Positions 49,934-61,702 of a stretch of DNA of 64,000 nucleotides are shown one piece after another. This stretch comes from Octopus sinensis. Taxonomy: Eukaryota. The notes under the pieces are model-generated. The model was not told the DNA's origin. It made no database searches and saw nothing but the letters and a program-made list of their open reading frames with translations. Made by a program: the position numbers and the translations under genes. The stretch is taken from assembly GCF_006345805.1 (NCBI RefSeq), contig NC_043008.1, positions 61,132,001 to 61,196,000 on the forward strand, read 5' to 3'. Position 1 is the first letter of the stretch; each line of letters begins with the position of its first letter.

Positions 49934-51334
49934 ATGTGTTTGACGTTTGCGTTGTATTTATACAAGTTGACTCCAAGTTCCAGCCAGAGACCTCAAAAGA
50001 ACAAGTTAGAAGTTCAACTTGGTGTTATGACTAGAATGTCATACATTTGATTTTGCACAGAGTATTGTTCTACAGGATGTCTGTCAAAACCTAAGTTAGA
50101 AAAGGTGTTCTAAAATTAATTATCATTATCATCCAGTAGTCTTATTTTCATGACGTGCTTTCACTGCACTACTATTCTGTGTGCCTTGGATGTGTGCTGT
50201 GTTTGTGTGAAGCTCTTATTTTACTGTATTGAAAGTATTTTACGTAGAAATTGTACGGTGTATAGTAGTGCTATTTTCAGTATTTATATATACGTCTTAG
50301 TCTTTGTGTTTCTGAATCTTTCTTTTTATAATACCTAATGCGCCTACTATGATAGGATTTGTTTCTGTTTTTAGACTCTATATTCAAGTACTTATAAATA
50401 CCAGATCTTTGTATTTTGAAATTTTCTCCATTTCTTTTAGTATTTTTCTTCATGATCTCTGACAACTATATCTGGCCTATTGGCCTTAATTTCTCTATCT
50501 CTGTATATTGGCATATCACATAAAATTGCTGCTTTCTCATTTTCTGCAACCATCTTTTTCTGTTCTTATTCCATAGTGTTGCGATAGTTTCCAATGTATG
50601 TAGGTCCCAGCTCCATCGTGTCTATGAATAAAGTCTTTCTTAACCAGTACTAGACAGCCAGAGACAATATGATTTATTGTTTCTTCTCCATCTCATCATA
50701 TCTGAAGGTACTAGTTGTATGTCTTTTCATTACATGTCTTTGGTATTTTCTGTTGGGAAGGCTCTGACGCTGTGACGCAATAAAAAAAATCCTTCAGTCT
50801 CTTCTTTGAGTCCTGAGATTCTCAGCCATCGTTCGGATATTGTTTTGTCTGCTTCTTTTCTGTTTAGTTAAACCCAGTATTTTCCATGAAGGGGCTTTTC
50901 TTGCCATCGTTTTATCATGATTCGCTGCTGTTCCAGTTCTAATTTGGATTTCAGTTGTTTCTTCTTTTTTCTTATTCGTTGTTAGGTACTATGATTTCTA
51001 TTTGTATGTTTCAGCTTTCTTAAAGACTGAAAACACCTTTTGTTTTGTTCTTGTTTTGTGGCTATTTGTATTAGTTTTCTTTGTTTCTAAAGTAAGCATT
51101 TCTGTAGTCCTATGGTGGTTATTTTATAATAATTTTCTAGCTGTATAAAGCCCCTACCACCTTTGATGCGTTGTATATGTAACCATTCTATGTCAGATTT
51201 TGGGTGGTGCATCATAACTCCTGTCATTATTTTTCTTGTTTCTCTGTCTATTTTGAATAGCTCTTTTAGAGTCCAGTTAAGAATATTCTTGCTGTAACTT
51301 ATAACCGGGACGGCTAGAGTGTTGATACCTATTA
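49934..51334 (-). mobile_element. 5'-truncated, decayed R4/Dong-like LINE flanked by (TAA)n on both sides
   Basis: Minus-strand IIGINTLAVPVISYS..NWTLKEL.KIDRETRKIMT....HHPKSDIEWLHIQRIKGGRGFIQLE; RLE motif ANRPDIVVRD..KYKDL..PIIVGALG; 3'UTR followed by a TAA tail. Confidence 0.88.
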
Positions 51335-51351
51335 TGTTATTATTATTATTA

Positions 51352-51397
<46 letters not shown>

Positions 51398-51414
51398 ATT
51401 ATTATTATTATCAT

Positions 51415-51943
51415 TGAGTAAGAGATCAGTGAATGTCATCAAAGTGACACTGGGTACAATATAAGAAGCACTGTATAACCATTATACTTCACATCCATAT
51501 GTGCGCGTCACGGTGATCTCATATCAAGATAGACAACGCATGACCTTGTAGTTGCGGCTCATTTAGAATTTCCTTCGATCTAGTAGCCCATCCCTCTCAT
51601 ATGGTCACTGAATAATGGTTGTTTAAGGACACTGAATGAAAAACCCGTGTTTCCAGAGGGAAATTATTCAAACCTCAACGAATTCCTCTTAACAAATGGC
51701 TATGATGCACCCTGCTACTTCTGATCATGATCAGTGATGTACATATAGTCGGCGACTAAAGAACATGCTCAACTGGTTAATGCCAAAGAACTGAGAAGCA
51801 AATCTGTGGTACTGAGCAAGAATATTTGCTGTGACATATCTTTAATAACAAATAAAACATATACATGATAAAATTTCCAATCAGTTATGATCAGAAGCCA
51901 TGTCAGTCACTGCCTGGTACTGCATCAGGGCATTGGTAGTAAA
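51415..51943 (-). mobile_element. Non-coding retroposon (type E) with TAA tail
   Basis: Terminal CATTGAGTAAGAGATCAGTGAATGTCATCAAAGTGACACTGGGTACAATA is the reverse complement of the TAA-tailed end at 52678-52728. Confidence 0.6.
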
Positions 51944-51944
51944 G

Positions 51945-51981
51945 TGTAGTTGTTGTTGTTGTTGTTGTTGTTGTTGTTCTT

Positions 51982-52067
<86 letters not shown>

Positions 52068-52150
52068 CATCATCATCATCATCATCATTATTATTATTAT
52101 TATTAGTATCATTATTATTATCATTAACGTTGTCGTTGATGTTGTTATTC
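51945..52150. repeat. Compound (GTT)(CTT)(ATT)(CAT) microsatellite
   Basis: Directly visible. Confidence 0.97.
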
Positions 52151-52320
52151 TGAAAGACTCGGGTAGTTCTTAATTACCGGCTATTCTTTACTTGGAAGCA
52201 GACAATAATAGATCACCGAAGGTTTCTCCTGTGAATCAAAGAGACTATACTCTCCTTAGAATGCGAGCTTTTCCCAACAATGCTGTCTTCTGGATCACCC
52301 AGAGCCTGACCGAGTACTCC
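52150..52320 (-). mobile_element. R4/Dong-like LINE extreme 3' end
   Basis: Minus-strand VIQKTALLGKARILRRV*, then a 3'UTR running into the TAA-rich tract. Confidence 0.7.
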
Positions 52321-52322
52321 TA

Positions 52323-52580
52323 AAGTGGAAATGGGAAGACTGTATGGAATGCGAGAAAGTAATGTAAAAGTGATACCAGTGGTGATTGGAACGTCGGGCT
52401 CAATCCTATTGAAATATCAAGATTTCTTAAGGCAACTGGAAATTCCATGCAAAGATTGATGCCTTACAAAAAAGCAGACTTATCGAGCAGAGCGCATATC
52501 TTATGGAAAGTATTATCTGTCTGAGGTCCTTGTTGTGACTTGACAGATGTCTAAAGTTTCTGGTGCATTTTACCTAAACT
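52323..52580 (+). mobile_element. R4/Dong-like LINE extreme 3' end with (TAA)n tail
   Basis: KVEMGRLYGM..VKVIPVVIG..ALQK..AHILWKVLSV*, then TGAGGTCCTTGTTGTGACTTGAC and (AAT)n from ~52581. Confidence 0.8.
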
Positions 52581-52594
52581 GTGTTACGAAGGAA

Positions 52595-52625
<31 letters not shown>

Positions 52626-52626
52626 A

Positions 52627-52665
<39 letters not shown>

Positions 52666-52677
52666 TGATAATAATAA

Positions 52678-52728
52678 TATTTTACCCCAGTGTCACTTTG
52701 ATGGCATGCACTGCTCTCTCACTCAATA
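52678..52728 (+). mobile_element. Type E retroposon terminal ~50 bp between TAA tracts
   Basis: TATTTTACCCCAGTGTCACTTTGATGGCATGCACTGCTCTCTCACTCAATAATAAT. Confidence 0.6.
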
Positions 52729-53159
52729 ATAATAATAATAATAATATCATAATTATTTTCATTACTTAATTATTATTATTATTATTATTATTATCATCAT
52801 CCTCATCCTCATCATCTTATTATTCTATATTTTTAAACTCTTGTTGTTTGTACACTTGTTGTCTAATGTCAGTTTTGAAGTACGTGCTTACTGAGATCAT
52901 TTTCCCAATTGAGCAGAAATAGAAAATCAATAGATAGCAGCGTTGTTTGACTTTCCCTCAAACAAGATTTAACCTCATTAAAGAAACTCCTAATGAAAAT
53001 AATAGCTATAACAGTAACCTAAAAATATAGAAAATTATTCCTTCTATAGTTGAATCGCCCATCATACACACACGCACCTTTATACATATTACAGATATAC
53101 ATAGATACATACACGTATATATGTATATGTATGTTCGCACAATGTGTTTATGCGTGTGT

Positions 53160-53246
<87 letters not shown>

Positions 53247-53929
53247 GGCAGATAGATTAGATACATAGATTAAATACACAGATATATATGCATAAATAGT
53301 TTTGGATGAGCTATAGCTATCTATACCGAATAATGTAGAATGACACTTCTGAAGCACACGCAAACATATACCGAACACAACGGAAGTACATGTACATACG
53401 TGAGAAATCCTATTGATAAAGCGGTAATAACATCAAAATATAAAATAAAATCGATTTTCTTGTAATCATTGATTTATCAACCAAGAAACTTACTGACCAA
53501 ATGAAATTGCTTAATTGGAAAAAAAAAAAAAAGAAAAAGTTTTCAACGAGTAACGGAACACGAGTGAATTAGATATTTGAGAATATACTGTCGGATAAAT
53601 TGGCTGAGATTAAGTAATATGTATGTAAAACAATCTTTGCACGAAAATGAATCAAAATTACAGAACACAATTAAATGGCTCAGAATGTTTTGGGAAATCT
53701 TTGCCCACGTCATTTGATTGTATATATCTTAGTATATGAGTGCAGCGAGTTTTACTTGTTATTTGCCGATTTGAGTGCATGTTAGACACATTGTATTGCA
53801 AGTACTCGGTTGCCAGTTTCAGTGATTCGATTTTCCTTATCCATGCTGTAATATAGTATCTGGTTAAAAATATCCGAACGAAAGGAGAAACATTATGTAG
53901 CGTCTACCATGCCGTACTACATATGTATT

Positions 53930-54321
53930 GTGAAGGCGCAATGGCCCAGTGGTTAGGGCAGCGGACTCGCGGTCGTAGGATCGCGGTTTCGATTCCCAGA
54001 TCGGGCGTTGTGAGTGTTTATTGAGCGAAAACACCTAAAAGCTCCACGAGGCTCCGGCAGGGATGGTGATAATCCCTGCTGTACTCTTTCACCACAACTT
54101 TCTCTCACTCTTTCTTCCTGTTTCTGTAGTACCTGTATTTCAAAGGGCCGGCCTTGTCACTCTCTGTGTCACGCTGAATATCCCCAAGAATTACGTTAAG
54201 AGTACACGTGTCTGTGGATTGCTCAGCCGCTTACACGTTAATTTCACGAACAGGCTGTTCCGTTGATTCGGATCAACCGGAACGCTCGTCGTCGTAACCG
54301 ACGGAGTGCTTCGATCTCGAT
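53930..54321 (+). mobile_element. SINE type A, 9-bp TSD
   Basis: TSD ATATGTATT at 53921-53929 and 54322-54330. Confidence 0.93.
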
Positions 54322-55657
54322 ATATGTATTAACGAAAAGGTGAGAAATTGCTGATATTTCGTTTTGTGTTTTTAATATATAAATAATTTTCGTCATTAAT
54401 TAAAATTTTGCAAATGGAGGATATATTGAATCTTATGGTCCGTTTTCGTTTTCACTTCTGCATTATAGTTCGTCGTGAACTTTTCTAAGTTTTTGCGTCG
54501 GTGTTTAGTTAGGTATTGCTTAGGAATCATTTTTATGTTTCGAATATTATCTGCAGATGCGATGTGAACCTATTTCAAGTCGTATATCTCTTAGAAGTAA
54601 AATTCTTTTCAAATGGTGGATTTGTCATACAATATCGAATATTCATCGATATGCGTAAGTGCTGTGTGTTAAGCGTTCCTCTCCACAATAGCGCTTTAAC
54701 ATAAGGGGCCACGCGAAAGCAATGTTTTCGGAGAAATATCAATTCCATGGATTTATATATGCTTTTATACATTGAATTCTCGAATAGGTTTCAGATGACG
54801 ATGCTTTTGATGATTTTTTCAGTTTTTCTATAAGGTATTTTCATATGAGACTGATTTGAGACTGGTGTCCATCGGCAAATATTTTATGGACTTATATAAC
54901 AATAAATTTACCGTTTAATCTTGACAACGTTACGCTACCTTAAATCTCTTTTCGTTACATAAATATGGATTCAGTTGAATAACAAACAATGTCAAAGTCT
55001 AAAAAGACAGGCAGCTGATATCGTTAGGACAGTTATGGAATAAATTCTGCAATCATATTTCTTCAATTGGAAACATATTTCAAAACTGGAAAAGTTTCTT
55101 GCTTACAGAGCATAATTGATGTTGACTAAGTGGAAGCGTTGGTCATGAGCCAACTCGATTATTGCTTTCAGATTTGGTCTCTGAAAGATGTATATATTGG
55201 AAGATTTTCAAATATACTTCGAACATATTACAACGACTGGGGGTAGAGAAACTCCGATTAAAATCTACATAAATTATTGGAAATATATTTCCTGGAAAGT
55301 GTAAAATCGAAAATGCAAAGTATGTGTGTCCCGCATAAAATATCTTCATAGATGGAGTGTCTTTCATATAAGTTACCTCATATATAAAAACGATTTAATG
55401 TGGCACTCTGTATTGGAGTCTGACGTCAGTATTATAATACAGTTGCTGTTGAATGTAAGAATAATCCCAGTGTGTTACTCTAGTATTTATATAAACTGTT
55501 CGGATGTTAAAGACATCTATAGCTCAATTATGTTTTAGTATGGATCTTATTGCAAGAGAAATTCGTTAAGCATCTCCCGTTATAATCTCGAGCCACCTAT
55601 GCTCGCTGACTACTAAATTATTGTTACAAATTATGACAAAATATTCATTATTATATA

Positions 55658-55878
55658 CTTCTTTATTGCCCACAAAGGGTTAAACATAGAGGGCAAACAA
55701 GGACAGACAAAGGGATTAAGTCGATTACATCGACCCCAGTGCGTAACTGGTACTTTATTTATCGACCTCGAAAGGATGAAAGGCAAAGTCGACCTCGGCG
55801 GAATTTGAACTCACAACGTAACGACAGACGAAATACGGCTACGCATTTCGCCCGGCGTGCTAACATTTCTGCCAGCTC
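55658..55878 (-). mobile_element. SINE type C, near full length
   Basis: Minus strand: GAGCTGGCAGAAATGTTAGCACGCCGGGCG...GAGTTCAAATTCC (B box)...GTGGGCAATAAAGAA. Confidence 0.9.
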
Positions 55879-56259
55879 TTTCTAAATATATCAGTACCTC
55901 TCCTACAGATCCATCCTGAAAGTCATGAGTGGTGGTTTTCTACCTGTAGGTATGTCATAACACAATAGTCCAGTAATTTTAGTGTGTTTTCAGTATCTTT
56001 AGTTAGCCATATAATCTGACATCAATTTTATTCAAATATAACGGAATCATCAGGAAAGTGCAGTAAAATAAAAAACAAGGTAACAACCAAAGTACTCAAG
56101 GTACCTAGAGTCACACATATAGGAGAAGCTTAGGAGAGTTGAGACACAGAGAGAGATGAACCACAACTATTTTCCCTAAATGTATAAATTATAGAAAGTA
56201 ATTATTGCCACCTATGTGAAGCACTTCTAGAAATGTTTTTCAAAAAATAACTGTATAAA

Positions 56260-56415
56260 CTGCCTACACCCGGCCGCAAACTCTAAACGTTGAATGTGAG
56301 CTGCTATAAGCCATTCAAGACGGTATATAGTCGGGCGGTTGAATACTAGATGCGTTCCTGCCCTGGAAAACCGATTGCACTATATGACATTACTGAGTTT
56401 GTTGCACATGCTCAG
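56260..56415 (+). mobile_element. pogo/Fot1-like DDE transposase relic
   Basis: LPTPGRKL*TLNVSCYKPFKTVYSRAVEY*MRSCPGKPIALYDITEFVAHAQ matches the (F/L)PPH.SH.LQPLD....PFK..Y......W....PG..I pattern. Confidence 0.7.
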
Positions 56416-57229
56416 ATACATGGAATTACGGCTCTGAAACAAGTAAAAGAATAAAAGAGTATAAGAGTAATTTTAACGTGTACCAGCAAATTGTCAGAAG
56501 TTTCATGCTTTCCTTGTTTATGTTAAAAGAAAGATGGTGGACTGAATTGCAAATACTCGCTAGACGGAAATTCCAAAATAATATCCATTCGCATAGATCG
56601 AGGCCATGTTAGAATTTTCCATATGGTGCTTGATTTTCTTCCTCCAATCATTCATTTCCATTTTTTCCGTAGTATGATATTTCATTTCCCCGGCACCAAT
56701 CAGATGTTGGTCTTGTTTGCATAAGGTGCATAACATGCAACTCTTTATATGTATGGCTAATTGATTATGCATATTTATCAGCATATTATCTAACTGACAC
56801 AAATTTAAACCCATACACATTGATGGCTTCAGTTATTTCATAACTCATCAGAATGTATCAGAAATTATCTTAGGTATGCCATTGTGCATTTGTTCTGTAC
56901 AAAACTGTACCGACTTCAAAATACATGAAACATGCGAAAATAAATAAGATACACAATATGCATTATATGTTCTGTTGTTTATAGAGTATCACTATGAGCT
57001 CAATTGTTTCCGAATCCTTGTTGATGAATTATACTTACACTAACAGGGCTTTGTGAGCGCATAGGTTTCCGACATGTACATGTAAATTATACGGAAGTAT
57101 ATCCAAATATGTTTGTTTATATTTCTTCATTTGCTTATTTCCCAGTACAAATGTTTGTTGCCTTCTTTATTCTTCAACCTTTATATTTGCATGTATATCT
57201 ACATAAATATATATTGGATAATTTATATC

Positions 57230-57307
57230 GATATTGACACAAATGCATAGGAAATACAGCAGGTAAGTGGAAGAACTATCATAAATATCTTCATAATAAA
57301 TAAATTC

Positions 57308-57394
<87 letters not shown>

Positions 57395-58292
57395 GTGTGT
57401 TTGTATGTGTGTGTATACACATGCACACGCACAAACACATATAGGCCTCAAGTAGCCAACACGAATTCATATTTGCTTGAACTGCAACGTAAGCCCTGCA
57501 AAAGCATGACATCTAGTGGAAATTACCACAGAAGTAGAGATTTCGATATGTTCTACTTAAGAATACTTGAAGGAAGTATAAACTTGTGATCAGTGCATAA
57601 AGGGCTCGAATAACGTATAGCCTCTGCAAGATAGCACCTTCTAAACAACACCAGCAAAAATGAATACATAAATATAATGCTGAAAATCAAAGAAAACAAC
57701 ATTATAACTGTTGACTAGGAGCACGTCAGGAAGTATTCGCTTCTTGTGGCTTCACATAGAACCTCAACATAGCTCAAGAAGATCTTGGACTAACATAGCT
57801 CAAAGAAGATCTTGATTTGAAAAGTTCAGCTTTATAAAAGAATCAAAACAGAAAGTTCATGCTTATGTTTCCCGAAGATTTTAAGACGACAGTTATATCG
57901 ACATGAACTGCAGGGTTTCTTGGATTTGAGACCGCTGTATCATATCATAATTCGATACCTATACGTTTGTAACAATAATAATAGCAGTAGACCTACTGTT
58001 TTCGGAGAAATAATTAACATAATTTAGATGAAGGATATCGTACTAAACCACGAAAGATATTGATACAGAAGCATAGGAAATACAACAGGTAAGTGGAAGA
58101 AATGTCATAAATATATTCATAGTAAATAAATTCATATATATAGGTGTGTGTGCGCACGTGTGTGTATATATGTGTGTGTGTATACACATACTCACGCACA
58201 CACACATGGATATAGGCCTCAAGTATCGACAGGAATTCCTATTTGCTAGAACTACACCATAAACCCCACAAAAGCATGATATCAACTGGAAA
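57230..58292 (+). repeat. Diverged direct repeat pair (~57230-57530 and ~58055-58292)
   Basis: Shared GATATTGA.ACA.A.GCATAGGAAATACA.CAGGTAAGTGGAAGAA...ATAGGCCTCAAGTA...CAAAAGCATGA, with differing microsatellite lengths. Confidence 0.85.
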
Positions 58293-59180
58293 CGAAGGTG
58301 GATAATAGGGATAACCCAAATATCAATTATAATTCTAAAGGGATTTCTTAGATAACGACTACACTCGTCCTAACAGATCAATCAGCAAGTATAAATAAGG
58401 CGATGTTTGCGGTATAATCCAGTTTTCGGAATATATGTATCATTCATGGTAACGAGGACTTCTTTTTTGCATTGGATTATTCAGCTTTAATAGATATCTT
58501 TAATGAATATCCAGTGAAAATATGATATGCAACAGCTAATAACTTCGAACATAATATTCATAAGCGCAATAATAAGAAGCTAAACCAACAGATTACTAAT
58601 TGTATAAGTGGGTATAAAGCAGGAAGTAGTCATTCAAATAATGATTGCAATAAGAAAGAATCTAATCGAACCTGTTGAAATAATTCTGATGAAAATAATA
58701 ATATAGGCTATAGAAAATATAGGCTAGAGAAAAACTAATATTAGTAATAATAGACATGCTGAAAAGCTCAAAAGTAGTAGGTTTATGAGCAGCAATACTG
58801 ATAGCAATGAAGGTAGCATTAGGGGTAGTAATAATAACCATAGTAACATAAATGTGAAAATAGACATACTAGAAACAATAGTTGCTACTATGTAGAGAAC
58901 AGTGTGGTACGCATCTCTTCTGGGAAATGACTGCTATCGCAAAAGCATGATGTATATAAGGATAGAGTAGAGCGCAAGCAGATGCATGTGTATATATTAA
59001 TGCGACCGCAGATTACTTCAAAAATCAATATCGTAAACACATTGCATCATTAACAAGGGACACGGCTCGTCATTCATTCATATGTTCTAAAAATTTAAGG
59101 AAGGCAAAGTACGATGCAACGTTAAATGAATGGTGGTGGAAAATGCATAACCGTACAATATATGTTTAGATACTGTAAAC

Positions 59181-59250
59181 TAGTGCTACTGAAAGTGGTG
59201 GTCCGCGATCCCGTGCCGGTCCGCGAGCCATCAGCTGCCGGTACTCGGGG
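59181..59250 (+). mobile_element. Possible hAT-Charlie (MER5-like) left end
   Basis: TAGTGCTACTGAAAGTGGTGGTCCGCGATCCCGTGCCGGTCCGCGA resembles MER5-type termini as I recall them; no right TIR found. Confidence 0.4.
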
Positions 59251-59365
59251 AGATTCCAGGAAAGAAAGAAACATTAAAAATGCTTATGTAATATTGTATT
59301 ATTTTTTACCAAATAAATATTAGATAAAAAATTGTCAACTTTTATTATATTCATTATATATATTA

Positions 59366-59743
59366 CTAGCAGTATCGCCCGGCGTTGCTCGGGTTTGTAA
59401 GGGAAATAACTATATAAGCATTTTTAGAGAGTTATAGCCAAAAAATAGCAAAAAAATGCACTAAAAGTGGAAAAAAAATGATGGTAAATTTTTTTTTAAA
59501 TCGTTGACTCATCGTAGACATTTTTAGAGAGTTACTTCCCTGATATAATAGCAAAAAAAATTCATTAAAATGGAAAAATGGTAATTTAAAAAAAAAATTG
59601 TAGACTCATCGTAGACGCGCGCTAATACCCAGAAGGGCTCGATATGAATCACGACTATAATATACTGCACCGCAAAATGTAGGAATAGTTAGGAATCTAA
59701 ATCGTAGGAGACAGACACACAACTTCACTTTTATATATAAAGA
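59366..59743 (-). mobile_element. Non-autonomous Helitron with canonical termini
   Basis: Minus strand: A|TCTTTATATATAAAA 5' end, subterminal hairpin ACCCGAGCAACGCCGGGC, and CTAG|T 3' end; inserted at an AT dinucleotide. Confidence 0.85.
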
Positions 59744-59993
59744 TTTCCGGTATAAATAAATATTACAAAGAAATAGTTCCGGTTCCCAGCACATTGACTC
59801 TCAAGACTATTGAAAAGGTTGCAAGACGCAACTAAAATTTTAGGAAAATAGAAATAAGGAATACGTGGAAATTTTACCGATGAATGTGTTAATTTAAAAG
59901 GCACAAAAAGAGAATGACTCTCTCCATACACAACAGAATATGCTTCAACGCACGAAATCACATTAAGAATCTTTCAAACGAAATCCCGAAACG

Positions 59994-60050
<57 letters not shown>

Positions 60051-60057
60051 TACATAT

Positions 60058-60108
<51 letters not shown>

Positions 60109-60199
60109 CTATATATATATATACATATATACGTATATACATATACACACACACACATATATATATATATATATGCATACATACAGACACATATTATAT

Positions 60200-60270
60200 G
60201 TACACGCAGTAGTGGATGTGTGGTAAGAAGCTTGCTCCCCAAACACATGGTATCAGGTTCAGTCCCACTG
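60200..60270 (+). mobile_element. SINE type B head fragment abutting a LINE
   Basis: GTGGATGTGTGGTAAGAAGCTTGC..CACATGG..GGTTCAGTCCCACTG. Confidence 0.7.
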
Positions 60271-60271
60271 A

Positions 60272-61618
60272 ATCCGAAATATGGACGTAGTATACCTTGA
60301 CTCTGCAAAAGCTTTTGATAAAGTGAAGCATGGTATGATATGCCACAAAATGTGTTATCTTGGCATAGTTGGAAAACTTGGAGAGTGGTTACATAACTTT
60401 CTGAAAAATAGAAGTCAGGTATTAGTGTCCAATGGAGCCACCTCAAAGAAAACAAAAACAGTGAGCAGTGTTCCATATGGCACTGTGTTAGTACCACTGC
60501 TTTTCATAGGGTCCCCCTCAGATACGTCCGCAGCTACTCGGATAAACACTCTTGCTAGTTACACAGACGATACGAAAGTCGCGCAGAAAATACAGAACCC
60601 CAGTGATGTTGCACACTTGCAGCAGGAGTTGGACTTTATTCGCAGACGGGCTGAGAACAATAATATGCAGTTTAAGGCTGAAAAATTCAAAGCCTTGCGC
60701 TACCAGCGTCCAAAACTGAATATAAAACTTACAGGGTACACTGGTCCACAGGGGATTACAATCCCAGAGCCTAAATCAGTGAGTGACCTCGTTATCGACA
60801 TGAATGATGATACCGCTTTCCAGGTGCACATTGCAAGGATAGTTAGTTAGTTAGTTAGTTAATTTGGCTCAAAAGCAAATAGCAAGGCCATGTAGGGGTA
60901 CATGGAGTTAAGTACAGGGTGGTGTTCATGTAAAGAGTTCAGGCCACTTGAGGTCCAGGGAGGCTTTGAACAAAGCGGTCGTCGGCATCTTCAACATCTC
61001 GTCTGGCAGCTTGTTTCACGGATCCGCAACCCGGACGGAGAAAGCTCCTCTCCTTCGATTAAGATGAAATCGTCGCAGGTAGAGCTTTTCGGAATGACCC
61101 CGCAGCCGACGCTCTGGAGCAGGAGTGAAGAACAGCTCTTTCCAGAGGTTACACTTTCCGCTTATGATGTTGTGGGCGAGAATGAGATCACCACGGCGGC
61201 GGCGTTTTTCAAGAGAATAAAGGTCGAGCGTCCTCAGTCTTTCTTCGTAGGACAAATTTTTGAGACCATGAACCATGCGGGTAGCCAGCTTCTGGACTCT
61301 TTCGAGATGCTGTATGTCTTTGAGGAGATAAGGAGAAGAGGCTTGAATCCCATGGCCACAAAGTGCAGACGACTGGGTAGATGGATCCTTAGAACGTATA
61401 AGATCAGAGAGAAGACTACTGCCCCGAGCTGGGGTCTCCCAACAGTGTAAAATTAACAGCGGACCTTGGGGTATTCCAGCGAAGCTTCACAACGAAGATC
61501 GTCACGTTGCAAAAACTCAGCTACTGGGAGAGGCTGAAACAGCTAAGACTCTACTCCCTGGAGAGAAGGCAGGAGGGGTATGCAGTAATATACATTTGGA
61601 AGGTTCTAGAAGAAACTG
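60272..61618 (+). mobile_element. CR1-clade LINE RT fragment, interrupted by a second LINE
   Basis: ORF 60281..: [30 protein letters not shown] (RT core). It resumes at 61352 (MATKCRRLGRWILRTYK) and later LSYWERLKQLRLYSLERR. Confidence 0.92.
60841..61351 (-). mobile_element. 5'-truncated CR1-clade LINE 3' end with (TAAC)n tail
   Basis: SPYLLKDIQHLERVQKLATRMVHGLKNLSYEERLRTLDLYSLEKRRRRGDLI..RGHSEKL..FSVRV; tail is (GTTA)n on the + strand at 60841-60860. Confidence 0.92.
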
Positions 61619-61665
61619 TATATATATACATATATATTCAGTTAGAGAGAGAGAAAGTGTGTTTG

Positions 61666-61702
<37 letters not shown>

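Noticed and set aside
49480-50034. Poly-Phe/Leu/Tyr ORFs suggesting a membrane protein
   Set aside because: They are pure trinucleotide microsatellite.
55170-55319. Segment flanked by TTTCAG| and |GTATGT as an exon
   Set aside because: All three frames contain stops.
60902-61450. 182-aa + strand ORF
   Set aside because: It is the antisense frame of the inserted CR1 3' end fused to the host LINE continuation.
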